Positions 10,791 through 21,811 are shown, numbered from the stretch's first letter. The stretch is DNA of 64,000 nt from an uncultured Chloroherpeton sp. (GCA_964500435.1 CAZCNL010000001.1:326542-390541); one strand, 5' to 3'. Translations and numbers: made by a program. Notes: a model not told the origin generated them from the sequence alone.

Positions 10791-11532
10791 AAAAGATATT
10801 TACTAATTTACGAAATTCTTGTTTCTGAGTAATCATAAAAGGATGTTTTCCAAAGTTAAAAATTTTAGTATAGCAATTCGGAATTTTTCGGCAGATAGAA
10901 ATTAATCTTTCGTCAATATTTGGTATTAACTCATCTTCGGTCGAAGCAATTCCCAATACCTCAGATTTAATCGATGATAAGTCGCCCCAAATCAGTGGTA
11001 ATTTTTTTTCGGCAACTTTAAGCATTAATCTCAAATCATTATCCACAACTTGTTCCCAATCTTCGCCGTGCATAAATTTCCAAAATTGTTGTTCCATAAA
11101 ACCACTTGTTTTGGCGATAGTTCTTTTTCTCACAATATCTTTTGCAACCTCGATATTCAAAGTTTCACCAAGGAATGAATCTACAACAAGTTTACTGATT
11201 ATATTAGGTTCCAGTATTGCTAAATTTAAACCAACTAATGCACCACCACTTGTTCCAATAACTTTACATAATTTTATATCAAGTAATGAAAGTAATTCTA
11301 AAGCACATTGTGCATTATAACGCCAAAAATCATCTCGGAATTCCTCCAATCGACCACTTTCTCCATGACCGGGATAATCAAATACTACAACCTTATAGTT
11401 CTGGGAAAAGTATTCAATCTCATACCTGAACATCTTAGAAGAAACAGAATTCCCATGTAACAAAAGGAGAGGTTCGCCCTCTCCTTGAACTGAAAAAAAT
11501 ATTTGTTGATTCTCAAAATTAAAAAAACTCAT
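10759..11532 (-). CDS. alpha/beta-fold hydrolase
   Basis: HG oxyanion region LLLLHGNSV; nucleophile elbow GTSGGALVG; Asp and His downstream. Confidence 0.65.
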   Translation of the reverse strand: MSFFNFENQQIFFSVQGEGEPLLLLHGNSVSSKMFRYEIEYFSQNYKVVVFDYPGHGESGRLEEFRDDFWRYNAQCALELLSLLDIKLCKVIGTSGGALVGLNLAILEPNIISKLVVDSFLGETLNIEVAKDIVRKRTIAKTSGFMEQQFWKFMHGEDWEQVVDNDLRLMLKVAEKKLPLIWGDLSSIKSEVLGIASTEDELIPNIDERLISICRKIPNCYTKIFNFGKHPFMITQKQEFRKLVNIFFENKKYYEFL

Positions 11533-11538
11533 ATAAAC

Positions 11539-12108
11539 TTATTCTTTTAAACTATTTGTAGTTAAAATTTCCTTGATTCTATCTAAAATTCTTTTTTCGA
11601 AGATACCGCAAGATTCCCAAAAATGAACTTTGGCGGTTACGTAATCTTCACGACCACTAATTTCGCCTTTTAATTTTAAGTGAGTGGAACCGTTTGGTAA
11701 TTCGGTAAGTAAAAATTTATATTGCATTCTTCCATTTATCCAAACTCCACCACGAATAATTGGAACTTTGACGCTATATCGTTCGAGATTATCTAACGTC
11801 GTATCAGTTTTGCCGACGAAAACACAATAATCTGAAAAAACTTTGCCCTTATAAAGTCCTTCGTCAGTTTGCGTATAACTTTTAGTCATAACCTGACAAC
11901 TTAATTCTTCGATTGCTTGTTGAGTTGCTTTATAAACTTTTTCGAAAGCAAAAGGAAGGTCTTCTTCATACCCATCTTTATTATAGTACTTCATCTTTTC
12001 ATCTTGTTTGAATGGGTTGAATTTGTCTTCGTCTTGAGCTAAAATTGACAATGATGTAAAAGCAATAATTAATAAACTTAAGATTGAATAAAGTATTTTT
12101 TTCATCAC
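11539..12108 (-). CDS. hypothetical secreted protein
   Basis: Signal peptide MMKKILYSILSLLIIAFTSLSILAQ; no recognised motif. Confidence 0.4.
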   Translation of the reverse strand: MMKKILYSILSLLIIAFTSLSILAQDEDKFNPFKQDEKMKYYNKDGYEEDLPFAFEKVYKATQQAIEELSCQVMTKSYTQTDEGLYKGKVFSDYCVFVGKTDTTLDNLERYSVKVPIIRGGVWINGRMQYKFLLTELPNGSTHLKLKGEISGREDYVTAKVHFWESCGIFEKRILDRIKEILTTNSLKE

Positions 12109-12165
12109 ATCACCTAATATTTATTACAATTAATTAATCTTCGATATTTTCCAAAATATTTAAAT

Positions 12166-13029
12166 CTATTGATTTATTAAAAACAAAATTAATAAAATTA
12201 TTGGTGCAGTGAACATTATGCTATCAAATCTATCTAAAATTCCGCCATGTTCAGATAATATATTTGAGCTATCTTTAACTCCTACATCTCTTTTAAACGA
12301 CGATTCGACGAAATCCCCTACCTGTCCAAAGAGTCCTATCATTGCACCAAAGATCAGTGAATATTCAAGATTCAAATTTAAATTAAATAATTTGGAAAGT
12401 ATCGGGAAAAAGACAACAGAAGTGATAAAACCAGCAATTCCACCTTCGTAGGACTTTTTGGGACTAATTTGAGGAGCAATTTTATGTTTTCCCCATTTTT
12501 TCCCAATAAAATATGCAGCCGAATCACACAACCAAATTGACGAAAAGTATATTAGAATAAAACTTGCTTTTGAAATATCATTTTCAAATACAATTGCTTT
12601 TGAATAATTCATCAACCTAATTATTATTAAACTTGAAAATGGTATTAATATATAAATCAAACCTGTAAAAAGAACAGAAATATTTAACAATTGGTTCTTA
12701 CTGGAATAAAACAAATTACTTGTTAATAAAGTTAAGAAAGAGAATAATGACAAAATAATTATAAAATTTATATTTTGAAGTGAATTTCCTAAATCATTGT
12801 CATAAATGATATTAAAAACAAGATATTCAAAAATTAAAAGAAATATTATAGGAATAATATAAAATATTCTTAAATCTTTCTTTTCAGCTAATTTATAAAA
12901 TTCAATTAATCCAATTGTTGAAACAACTGCAATAGTGATAAAAAAATACCAACCACCCAAATATAAAATAACTATTGCGAATGGAATTCCGATTACAGCC
13001 ACTAATATTCTTTTCATTAACTCATTCAT
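12166..13029 (-). CDS. cdsA: phosphatidate cytidylyltransferase
   Basis: Multi-TM protein with the CdsA C-terminal signature KRDVGVKDSSNILSEHGGILDRFDS. Confidence 0.85.
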   Translation of the reverse strand: MNELMKRILVAVIGIPFAIVILYLGGWYFFITIAVVSTIGLIEFYKLAEKKDLRIFYIIPIIFLLIFEYLVFNIIYDNDLGNSLQNINFIIILSLFSFLTLLTSNLFYSSKNQLLNISVLFTGLIYILIPFSSLIIIRLMNYSKAIVFENDISKASFILIYFSSIWLCDSAAYFIGKKWGKHKIAPQISPKKSYEGGIAGFITSVVFFPILSKLFNLNLNLEYSLIFGAMIGLFGQVGDFVESSFKRDVGVKDSSNILSEHGGILDRFDSIMFTAPIILLILFLINQ

Positions 13030-13053
13030 TATTCTACCTCATAATTTTCAAAA

Positions 13054-13728
13054 TTATGAATATTTTAATAAATTAGGGAATTTAGAATTACAAAATACAA
13101 ATAATTCTCCACTATGGATTTCTATTTTAATTTCATTTTCCAGTGATTGATTTCTTGCTCCTTCTCTAATCCCCAAACCTATTACTTCTTCTTTTAGTTC
13201 CCATTTTAATCCTTGTGTGCTTATTCTTGCTTGTCCTAAAGGTATTAAAGAGATTATTTCGTTTCTTTCAGTTGGTAAAGTAAAATTTTCAGAAATGCAA
13301 AATCCATATCTATTTTTATCCAATATATTTAAATTCATCAACTTAGAATATTTACTTAATACGCTCCAATTATTTAGTGAATGTTCGTATTCGCCCCCGT
13401 GTATTCCCATTATCAATATATTGCTTAATGAATTTTTATAACAAAATTGCAATGTTTTTTCAAAATCATTCGTCTCTTGTTCAGGTAAATAAATTAATTT
13501 ATTATTAGGAAAGGACTTACTAAAAATAATGTTGCTATTAAACGAATCTAGATCGCCAACGATAAAATCAGGTGTAATGTTATTTTCTAAAAGTATAGTA
13601 CCTGCTCCATCAGCTGCAACAATGGGAATTTTACTGCTTAATTCTTGTATTAATTGTATTGGTAATAACTCAGAATTTAAACAAATTAAAGCATCTGTAA
13701 TATTATTTTCTATTGTTATTTTTTTCAT
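13054..13728 (-). CDS. thiamine pyrophosphokinase
   Basis: VAADGAG...IVGDLDS...EQETNDFEKTL...GIHGGEYEHSLNN parallels the GDFDS and GGRxDH blocks of ThiN/TPK. Confidence 0.6.
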   Translation of the reverse strand: MKKITIENNITDALICLNSELLPIQLIQELSSKIPIVAADGAGTILLENNITPDFIVGDLDSFNSNIIFSKSFPNNKLIYLPEQETNDFEKTLQFCYKNSLSNILIMGIHGGEYEHSLNNWSVLSKYSKLMNLNILDKNRYGFCISENFTLPTERNEIISLIPLGQARISTQGLKWELKEEVIGLGIREGARNQSLENEIKIEIHSGELFVFCNSKFPNLLKYS

Positions 13729-13746
13729 TTTTGTTTGTTTGTATAA

Positions 13747-16131
13747 TTAAAATGCATGACCTATTCCAAAATTAAACTGCATAGTACTAAATGGTTTTCG
13801 AATTTTCAGCGGGTCATAAACAGGAAAAGCAAAATCTAATCTGAGTGGACCGATAGGTGTTTCATAACGTATTCCTATTCCGGTACCAACTGCAAGTTTA
13901 GTTATATAATCTAAAAATGAGACTTGATAATCATTAGTATTTACATACCAATGAAAGGCATTGCCAAAATCAAGAAATAATGTTGTTTTAATATTTTGAA
14001 TTGCCTCTTGAAGTGCCTTATTTAAACCTGGAGGTTTCGGGAAACCAAATCTAAGTTCAATACTTCCTTCGACTAATACACCATTACCCACGAAGTTTTC
14101 TAAAAATGAATATGTTCTACTATTTTGTAAACTATCTTGTGTAAATTTTGTATATCGCAACTGCCTGGAAGGCCAAGCACGGACACTATTCGGTCCACCA
14201 CAAAAAAATAATCTGTCGATTGGAACATATGAGTTATCACGTTGTAGCAAATTAATTGCTCCTATTTTTCCTTTCAAAGCTAAAACTGTTGTTGGCGTTA
14301 ATTTGAAAAACTGATAATTAGTTAATTGAAATCTTAAAAAACGTGATAATCCAGAAACCGAAGAGGGAAAAAATAATGGATTCCAACCATCTAAACTTAA
14401 CATTGTATAATAACCCTGAGATGGAGAAAACGGATTATTCCTTGTATCCCCTGAAATTGACAAACCAATCGTGTTAGAAGTAAAAAGATAAAATTGTCCT
14501 TGATGAAGATAATTCCACAAATCTTGATATAAAATAAATGACTGCAATACATTATTTGAGTCATTAGCAGTTTGTGCAGATTCATAAGCTTGAATCTTAG
14601 CATCTTCGAAATTTACCGGATCTTCTCGTAAGAAATTGAAATCTATGCTTGCTCGGTTAAAATATGTAATTTTAGGGAACTTTATTGGGAAACTTACTGG
14701 CAAATTAAAACTTGAGATTTTGAAATAATTATTGAACATTCTGTATGAATAATTAAGACTAGTTAAAAAAGCAACACGACTGTTATCTATTACCCATAAA
14801 AGAGGTTGAGCAAATTTAAACCCTAATTGCATTTCAAATTCATAATTTTGATTTGAAAATACTGTTCCCAAATCTTTTAAATACACATTTGCATATGGTG
14901 AAAATTCCTGGGCTGCATTGAATATATTTCTATGTCGATAACTTGTTTCTATACCAAAATTTACTAAGTTATCTATTCTGGTTTGATTCAATGATAAACC
15001 AAAGTTAAATTCTTGTTCTTTTCTATAAAGAAGGAAAACAATGATATTTAACAGTGAATCTTTTTGTGGTGAAAATCTCGAACTCGTATCAATTGCTACA
15101 ATTTCAAAAGTTCCCAAAGAAAGCAAATTATCTTTTGTATTGTTTATTGCTTTTTCACTTGCCCAGTCGCCAACTTTGAATTCTAACTGCATTCTTTTCA
15201 TTTCGAATGCAATAGGTGGTTGATTTTTTGCGGAACTATCAATAAAATCTATTCTATTAATTTTATATCTTTTGCCAGGATTAAAATCTATTATTACTTT
15301 ATCTGTATAATTTTCTGTATCAATTTCAACTTTTGGTTGAGAATATGTAGAATATAAATATCCATTATCCTTTAAAAATTTGTTGATATTTTTTACTTCT
15401 TGATATATTTGCAATTCATCAAAATAATAATTTTTTTTCACAAATTTTAATGAATTAATCGAATTTTCTAGTTCCTTATCAATTGTTTCAAAACCATTAT
15501 AAATTATTGAATCTATTCGAAAGCGATTTCCTTCGTGAATTTTAAATTCCAAAATATTTTCGATTTTATTAGGTGATGGAGTAAATTTATAATTTATTTT
15601 TGCCAGATGATAACCATTAATTTGATAAAAATTATATAATGAGGTTAAATCTCCATCGGCAATTGATTTTTCAAAGAAAAGCACATTATCACGCAAATTA
15701 ATTAAACCTTGTCTGAATTGTGATTGTAATGCTTTAGGCATTATTGGATTTTTTTCGAATTCTCGATAGTACATTACAAAGAATTGATAAGGCAAATTAT
15801 TATTTGTAGCTTTTGAAGTAATTATATCATATAATAATGGTGTATATTTTTCAGAAGATCCTATAAAAATAATTTTATTTACTTCGTATAAATTTTTATT
15901 TATAATTGATGGATATAAATTTGATGATACTTGATTATTAGATTGAGCAATAGAAAATTCACTCAAAAACAAGAAAAATAAAAGAGTATATAAAATTTTA
16001 TTATTTACTTTTTTCAAGGAATTATTAAACAAAAAAAAACTCAAAGGTGTTGCTAAATTAGCACACCTTTGAGTAATTGTAGAACTATTAATAAAATTGG
16101 TCGTCTTGATCGTCATTGTATAGGTACTCAT
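13747..16131 (-). CDS. bamA: outer-membrane protein assembly factor BamA (Omp85 family)
   Basis: Signal peptide KILYTLLFFLFLSEFSIAQ. It is preceded by no Met, so the true start is probably a non-ATG codon near 16020 and does not overlap the next gene. POTRA-like repeats; C-terminal barrel motif GTGIGIRYETPIGPLRLDFAFPV ending ...GIGHAF. Confidence 0.75.
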   Translation of the reverse strand: MSTYTMTIKTTNFINSSTITQRCANLATPLSFFLFNNSLKKVNNKILYTLLFFLFLSEFSIAQSNNQVSSNLYPSIINKNLYEVNKIIFIGSSEKYTPLLYDIITSKATNNNLPYQFFVMYYREFEKNPIMPKALQSQFRQGLINLRDNVLFFEKSIADGDLTSLYNFYQINGYHLAKINYKFTPSPNKIENILEFKIHEGNRFRIDSIIYNGFETIDKELENSINSLKFVKKNYYFDELQIYQEVKNINKFLKDNGYLYSTYSQPKVEIDTENYTDKVIIDFNPGKRYKINRIDFIDSSAKNQPPIAFEMKRMQLEFKVGDWASEKAINNTKDNLLSLGTFEIVAIDTSSRFSPQKDSLLNIIVFLLYRKEQEFNFGLSLNQTRIDNLVNFGIETSYRHRNIFNAAQEFSPYANVYLKDLGTVFSNQNYEFEMQLGFKFAQPLLWVIDNSRVAFLTSLNYSYRMFNNYFKISSFNLPVSFPIKFPKITYFNRASIDFNFLREDPVNFEDAKIQAYESAQTANDSNNVLQSFILYQDLWNYLHQGQFYLFTSNTIGLSISGDTRNNPFSPSQGYYTMLSLDGWNPLFFPSSVSGLSRFLRFQLTNYQFFKLTPTTVLALKGKIGAINLLQRDNSYVPIDRLFFCGGPNSVRAWPSRQLRYTKFTQDSLQNSRTYSFLENFVGNGVLVEGSIELRFGFPKPPGLNKALQEAIQNIKTTLFLDFGNAFHWYVNTNDYQVSFLDYITKLAVGTGIGIRYETPIGPLRLDFAFPVYDPLKIRKPFSTMQFNFGIGHAF

Positions 16132-16327
16132 CGTTGATTACATCTTCGTATTCAGGCCACAAATCTTCAATACCTTCGATCAACACTTCGGAATCTTCAA
16201 ATTCCAAGATGTTATCTAACACTTGTTGTGGGCATGCTGCTCTCATTGCGTAATCATAAAGTTCTTCTTTTGTTGCAGGAAATGGAGCATCTTCTAAAAA
16301 TGCTGCAAGTTCTGGTGTCCAAAACAT
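16088..16327 (-). CDS. small acidic DUF2795-like protein
   Basis: The 79-aa product carries FPATKEELYDYAMRAACPQQVLDNILEF, which matches the DUF2795 pattern. It is very acidic. Confidence 0.5.
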   Translation of the reverse strand: MFWTPELAAFLEDAPFPATKEELYDYAMRAACPQQVLDNILEFEDSEVLIEGIEDLWPEYEDVINDEYLYNDDQDDQFY

Positions 16328-16423
16328 CTTTTCCTCCTTAATGTAAATTTTGAAAATGCAAAAATATATTATTTTTAGTAATTATTATAACTTTTTTTGA
16401 ATTAATTTATTGTATTTGTAATT

Positions 16424-19400
16424 TTATGGCAAAACAGCAAATTTTTTCATTTCCCATAAAACTTCTTCACCACTACTATTTTTACCGGTTACTTTATAAA
16501 GATAAATTCCTGGTTCGATAAGTTTATTATTATTATCTTTTAAATCCCAAATAAGACCCCCTGTGCCATTATTTTCGTTTAATTCTATAATAATTTTCCC
16601 GTTCAAATCCATCACTTTGATTGTTGCTTCTTTTGTCAAATTGCCAAATGTCATATATTCATCCTCTTTCAAGTGAATTGGGTTTGGAAATGTCGTAATA
16701 TTGTCTAATTTCTCTTTTGTTAATACAAAAGATAATGTATTACCAGGACCTTTCGTCATTTGTTTACCGCTCGTAGAAATTACGTTGTTCACAGTAATTG
16801 AGTATTCTTGTCCCGTAATTGTCCTGTCTTTAATATCATCGTTCACACGAATTAAAACAGCATTACTATCAAGATCGTCTCTACTCGAAATAATTACTTG
16901 TCCCCAAGGTGATAATTTATAATTGCTTACTTCTTCTGCTGTAATTTTATCGACACTCTCTGAAAAAACAAGTTTATATAAAGTCAAACTTAATAGCTCT
17001 AACGATTTTAAATATAATTCTTCATTTTGAGTTATATATGGCATTTCAAAATAAATACTGCCATCTATTATTGGCGTATTCCAAAAATCACGAAATCCTC
17101 CGATATAAGCTTCATATTCACCTTGAATTAAATCACTTGAAAATGTAATAATATAACTCGAATCAGCTACTGATATTACAGTCGAAGGACTGATTATTGT
17201 ATTGTCCATTAACCTAATTATCTGAATTTTTGATAAATCTTTTAAATAAGTTTGTAGTTTACCACCAAACTTGAGCTCAAGTGTGTGATTATTTATTATT
17301 TTTAAATTTTTCAATGAAATTGGATTGTGTGCATAAATTTGAACTATTTCAGAAAAATCACTTTCTACAACACTTTTCGATGAATCAATTGCTGTAATTA
17401 TAAAATAATAAGTTTTGTTATTATTCATATTCCCTATTATTACTGAATCCTCGTTTATCTTTGCAATGTTTGTCAAAGAAATTGTTCCATCATCGAAATA
17501 ATTCAGTTGATAAATTTTGTAATATTTTGCTCCATCAACTTTTTGCCATCTAATTATTCCACTTTCAGAACTTAATGCATAACTATCTATAACTATTGGT
17601 GTTTCTGGTTTGCTATTTTCCATTGAAATTTCAAAAAAACTTGTTGAGTCATAAGTTGCAATACCAATTTCTTTTTTGCCATTTTTATCAAAATCCCAAA
17701 CAACGGCACTATTTGTAAAAGAATACGGATATTGCCATAATGGCTTAAAGGAAGTACCATTCCATTTCAAAACATAAGTATTTGGAAAAGCAGAAATAAT
17801 TAGTTCATCGCCATTTAAATTATCAATATCGGCTGCTAAAACACCATTCCTAAATCCAATACCTAAACGTCTATCAATTCCAGCTCTGACACCCATAATA
17901 TTTAATATTGCTTGTACGTTATACGAACCATTATTATCATATTTGATTAATCTATATGTCCACATTGTTTGTTGTTCTTCTTCTTTTCCGAAAAGCATTT
18001 TTGAACTATATGTCCCAATTATAATTGCAGGATTTTTTTCACCTAGTAAAATTATTTTGGAAATTAATGGATTTGAATACCCATAATTATTAGTATCTAA
18101 AAAAGTAAGATTAAATTTTCCATCTTTATATTTAAATATAAAAATATTACCGTAATAATTGCTATGCATTAATTCAATATTACCGTCGCCATCGAAATCA
18201 CCTATCGCCGAGCCTTTTGTTACTCCTAATTTCTTGAATTGTGTTGGTAAATCTGCATTTTGCATTAATGTATAATTATTTGCTTGATATTTATAAGTAA
18301 AATATGTAGTGTCATTATATGCTATGATTTCATCTATTCCATCTTTATCAATATCATAAACTGCTTCACCCCAAAATGTTTTTCCTAAAATACTTGAAAA
18401 AAGAATATCACTGAATGGTGAGCTACTTGAAGAATATTTTCGAGTTAAAATTGTTCTTGCATTTTGAGTCATTAAAATATCGTTTTGATAATTTCCCTGC
18501 GTATTTCCAAATCCAACTGGTATCCAACCATCAAGAGTATCTGTTAAAATGAATTTATTATTTACAAATTTATATGCTTCAGTTCTTCCAATGACAAAAT
18601 CTTGCAAGTTATTTATTATTAATGAATTACTCCCATCGCCATATAAATCACGCACATTATTATTCAAATATGCTCTTGGTAAAGTGTAAGTTTTTCGTGT
18701 ATAATTTAGAGTGGGGAATCTCTCAAAATTATAAACAAAATTGAAATTTTTGATAATTTCATTTTTTTGAGATAATAATGTATTATTAATTTGAAAGTGT
18801 GCTATACCTTCAAATTCGCCTTGTGAAAATAAATTGTCAAGTTCTAAAAGATGATTTTCTGAATTGCTTGCTTGTTCATCAAGACGATATTTTCTCGAAC
18901 TATCTTGCTTATTCCAATATTCAATCCAGAAATTGCAAGGAATATTTGTTTTTGAAGAAACTACAATTATATTTTTCCCATTACTCAAAGCATTATTTAC
19001 AGCAAAAAATTCAATTATAAAATTAGATGAATCAGGATATATTTTCAAAGCTCGTTCTCGCCGTAAAATTTTACCATTTTTTAAGTTTATCTTTAATGAT
19101 ATTCGGAAATCTTTGCTCAAAATTTGACTTTTTGAAAATGAAAATTGCTTGTTTTGCTCTTGATTTGAAAATAATTCAGAAAGTGGTTTATAATTGTTTG
19201 AATCTAATTCTGTCATTTCAATTTGATATGATTGAAACAAAGGTGTTATTACTGAGAGACTTACGTTTAAATCTTGCAAATTTTTAAAATTAAAATATGA
19301 ATAATTTTGAATATTTTCAAAATCAAAATTACTTTTTCCTGTAAAATTAAGAAGGTTATACACATCTAAAATTCCAGCACCGTTTTTTTTGTCCCATCCC

Positions 19401-20704
19401 AATAAATTAATTTTTTTTGCTTGTACTTCCAATAAAGAACGAATTTCTGAACTTGTTAAATCCGGATTTTTTTGTAATAACAGAGCAATAGCGGCTGAAA
19501 CATAAGGAGCGGAAAACGATGTTCCTGAAACTCTTCTGTAATCGCCATTAGGGGCTGTTGTTAATATATCTTCTCCAGGAGCTAAAATTGATAAATTTAC
19601 GCCATAATTACTTATTGAAGAACGTAAACCCTTTTCGTTAGAAGCACCGACCGAGATAACATTTTCATAATCAGATGGATAGTGAGGCAAAGAATTATTT
19701 TCGTTTCCAGAAGATGCCACAATAATGCAGCCTAAAGAATGAGCATAATTTATTGCATCTTTAACTAATAATGATTGAAATGTATCTCCGAAGCTTAAAT
19801 TTAAAATTTTTGCACCATTATTTGCTGCGTAAATTATCGCATTTGCAATATCATCAGATTCTGCATTTCCGGTTGCATCAAAGGCTTTAGCAGTCAAAAT
19901 TCTACTTTTATATGCTAATCCTGCAATCCCGATTTTGTTGTTCGCAGTCGCAGCAATTATACCAGAAACATTTGTTCCATGATTTCCTTGGTCTTCTGGT
20001 ATTGGATCTGGAGTATTCCAATCACCGAAATTTGCATATTCTTGGTCAACGAAATCATATCCTATACCATCATCAACGATGCCATTTCCATCATCATCAA
20101 TGCCATTTAAATCGCCTGAAATCCCATTCCTAATTTCATTAACACTCCAAGGTTCAAAGGTTCCATTACCGTTTGCATCTTCTTTGGAATTCAACCATAA
20201 TTGATTAACTAAATCAGGATGGGTAAAATCAATTCCTGTATCAACGACCCCTATGATTATGCCTTCTCCATTTGCAATATCCCACGCAGATTTTGCATTT
20301 ATTTGATTTAATGCCCATTGATAATCATAAAGCGTATCATTTGGAATTGTGGATTTATTTACGGAGTAAATATGATTTTCTTCAATGTATTCAATATTCT
20401 CATCAGTTTGTAATTCACGAAAAATTTTATTTTCATTATTATTTAATTGTAATTTGAAATACAATGAAGTTTGAAAATTAGTCTTGCTTTGTAATTTTGG
20501 AATATTCTTTAAATATTGATTTTTGAAAAGTGGTTTCAAATTTAAATTGGATTGCAATAAAAAGTTTGTTAAATTCTTGTCTGATTTGAACTTAACAATA
20601 TATGTTTTCTGTGAATATGAAAATTGATAACTAAAAATAAAGAGAATTATAAATAATATTGAGTATTTTGTATTTTTCATAAGTATAATAACAATTAAAT
20701 ACAA
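16424..20704 (-). CDS. giant secreted subtilisin-like protease (S8) with FG-GAP/VCBS-like repeats, Ig/Fn-like domains and T9SS C-terminal domain
   Basis: Signal peptide; GVVDTGIDFTHPD, HGTNVSGIIAA, GTSFSAPYVSAAIALL. Repeated DxDGDG motifs (DIDKDGIDE, GDFDGDGN, DIDNLNGDE). C-terminus ...GIYLYKVTGKNSSGEEVLWEMKKFAVLP. Confidence 0.8.
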   Translation of the reverse strand: MYLIVIILMKNTKYSILFIILFIFSYQFSYSQKTYIVKFKSDKNLTNFLLQSNLNLKPLFKNQYLKNIPKLQSKTNFQTSLYFKLQLNNNENKIFRELQTDENIEYIEENHIYSVNKSTIPNDTLYDYQWALNQINAKSAWDIANGEGIIIGVVDTGIDFTHPDLVNQLWLNSKEDANGNGTFEPWSVNEIRNGISGDLNGIDDDGNGIVDDGIGYDFVDQEYANFGDWNTPDPIPEDQGNHGTNVSGIIAATANNKIGIAGLAYKSRILTAKAFDATGNAESDDIANAIIYAANNGAKILNLSFGDTFQSLLVKDAINYAHSLGCIIVASSGNENNSLPHYPSDYENVISVGASNEKGLRSSISNYGVNLSILAPGEDILTTAPNGDYRRVSGTSFSAPYVSAAIALLLQKNPDLTSSEIRSLLEVQAKKINLLGWDKKNGAGILDVYNLLNFTGKSNFDFENIQNYSYFNFKNLQDLNVSLSVITPLFQSYQIEMTELDSNNYKPLSELFSNQEQNKQFSFSKSQILSKDFRISLKINLKNGKILRRERALKIYPDSSNFIIEFFAVNNALSNGKNIIVVSSKTNIPCNFWIEYWNKQDSSRKYRLDEQASNSENHLLELDNLFSQGEFEGIAHFQINNTLLSQKNEIIKNFNFVYNFERFPTLNYTRKTYTLPRAYLNNNVRDLYGDGSNSLIINNLQDFVIGRTEAYKFVNNKFILTDTLDGWIPVGFGNTQGNYQNDILMTQNARTILTRKYSSSSSPFSDILFSSILGKTFWGEAVYDIDKDGIDEIIAYNDTTYFTYKYQANNYTLMQNADLPTQFKKLGVTKGSAIGDFDGDGNIELMHSNYYGNIFIFKYKDGKFNLTFLDTNNYGYSNPLISKIILLGEKNPAIIIGTYSSKMLFGKEEEQQTMWTYRLIKYDNNGSYNVQAILNIMGVRAGIDRRLGIGFRNGVLAADIDNLNGDELIISAFPNTYVLKWNGTSFKPLWQYPYSFTNSAVVWDFDKNGKKEIGIATYDSTSFFEISMENSKPETPIVIDSYALSSESGIIRWQKVDGAKYYKIYQLNYFDDGTISLTNIAKINEDSVIIGNMNNNKTYYFIITAIDSSKSVVESDFSEIVQIYAHNPISLKNLKIINNHTLELKFGGKLQTYLKDLSKIQIIRLMDNTIISPSTVISVADSSYIITFSSDLIQGEYEAYIGGFRDFWNTPIIDGSIYFEMPYITQNEELYLKSLELLSLTLYKLVFSESVDKITAEEVSNYKLSPWGQVIISSRDDLDSNAVLIRVNDDIKDRTITGQEYSITVNNVISTSGKQMTKGPGNTLSFVLTKEKLDNITTFPNPIHLKEDEYMTFGNLTKEATIKVMDLNGKIIIELNENNGTGGLIWDLKDNNNKLIEPGIYLYKVTGKNSSGEEVLWEMKKFAVLP

Positions 20705-20768
20705 AATTTATTACAAATTGATTATTTTTTTATAATTTCGAAATCATTGAAAAGAAATGGCATAAAAA

Positions 20769-21767
20769 TTGGTAATTAAAATCGATAAAAAAATTGGAAA
20801 ACCTGAGGAATTAATGGCAATAAATGAAGATTACACCATCGTTGGTATTGATGGTGGAGGAACCCACACACGAGGTATCTTGTATCAAAATGGTAAAATC
20901 TTAGCAACCGCAAAAGCAGGAACAGCAAGAATTGGTTCAGTTGGTGTTGGAGAATCTTGTGAAAGAACTTTAAATATAATTATTGAACTTTGTCGTCAAG
21001 CGAACATAGAAAGTTCTGAGATAGATGCTGCAGTTATTGGATTGGCCGGTGTATGGTTAGATGAAGAAAAAAAGCGAGCAGCCGCTTTATTACGTACTTT
21101 ATCAAGAGCTCAGAGCATTGAATTAAACGATTTAGTTGTTATCAGTGATGCTGAAATTGCTATTGAAGGAGCATTAGAAGGTTCGGAAGGGATTATTGTA
21201 ATTGTTGGAACTGGTTCAATTGCACTTGCCAAGGATAGTAAAGGTAAGCTGGTTCGTTGTGGTGGTTGGGGTATTGAACTCGATGATGAAGGAAGTGGTG
21301 CCTGGATAGGACGAGAAGGTATTACTGCTGTCGTTCGTGCTTTGGATGGACGTGGTAAAAGCACAAAGTTGACAAAAATGATTTCCAATTTGACACCAAC
21401 TATTGATATTGATAATCCTCGAACTATAGTTAAAGCTTATGCTGAACGTAATTTCGAATATCATATGATATCTCCCCTTGTTATGCAATGTGCGCTTGAA
21501 GGAGATGAAGTTTGCTTGGAAATTATCGATAGAGCGGCTTTTCACTTAGCAGAACTACCGAATACGTTAAAAAAACATTTTAAATCAGATAAAGTTAAAG
21601 TTGCTTTAATGGGTGGAATTATTGATAATGACACTTTGCTTTCTCAAAAGTTAATTAACATTTTAAAAAATAATAAATCTTTTCAGATTATAAAGCCAAA
21701 AGGCAATGCTCTTGATGGAGCAATTTCAATTGGAAAGAAGATGATTAAGGAAGCCGAAGAATTATAG
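20769..21767 (+). CDS. BadF/BadG/BcrA/BcrD-type ATPase (N-acetylglucosamine kinase-like)
   Basis: IVGIDGGGTHTRGIL N-terminal motif; ASKHA fold; 332 aa. Confidence 0.7.
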   Translation: MVIKIDKKIGKPEELMAINEDYTIVGIDGGGTHTRGILYQNGKILATAKAGTARIGSVGVGESCERTLNIIIELCRQANIESSEIDAAVIGLAGVWLDEEKKRAAALLRTLSRAQSIELNDLVVISDAEIAIEGALEGSEGIIVIVGTGSIALAKDSKGKLVRCGGWGIELDDEGSGAWIGREGITAVVRALDGRGKSTKLTKMISNLTPTIDIDNPRTIVKAYAERNFEYHMISPLVMQCALEGDEVCLEIIDRAAFHLAELPNTLKKHFKSDKVKVALMGGIIDNDTLLSQKLINILKNNKSFQIIKPKGNALDGAISIGKKMIKEAEEL

Positions 21768-21811
21768 ATTCAATATATTTAATTATTTTAATACGTCTTT
21801 TTTGTTTTTTT

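Noticed and set aside
18799-19287. Cluster of three plus-strand ORFs inside the 1426-aa protease gene
   Set aside because: Antisense to a continuous 4.3-kb ORF with catalytic motifs.
21110-21545. Two minus-strand ORFs (Ser/Pro-rich 92 aa and 109 aa) inside the BadF-type kinase gene
   Set aside because: The low-complexity composition is the mirror of Gly/Ala-rich coding on the other strand.
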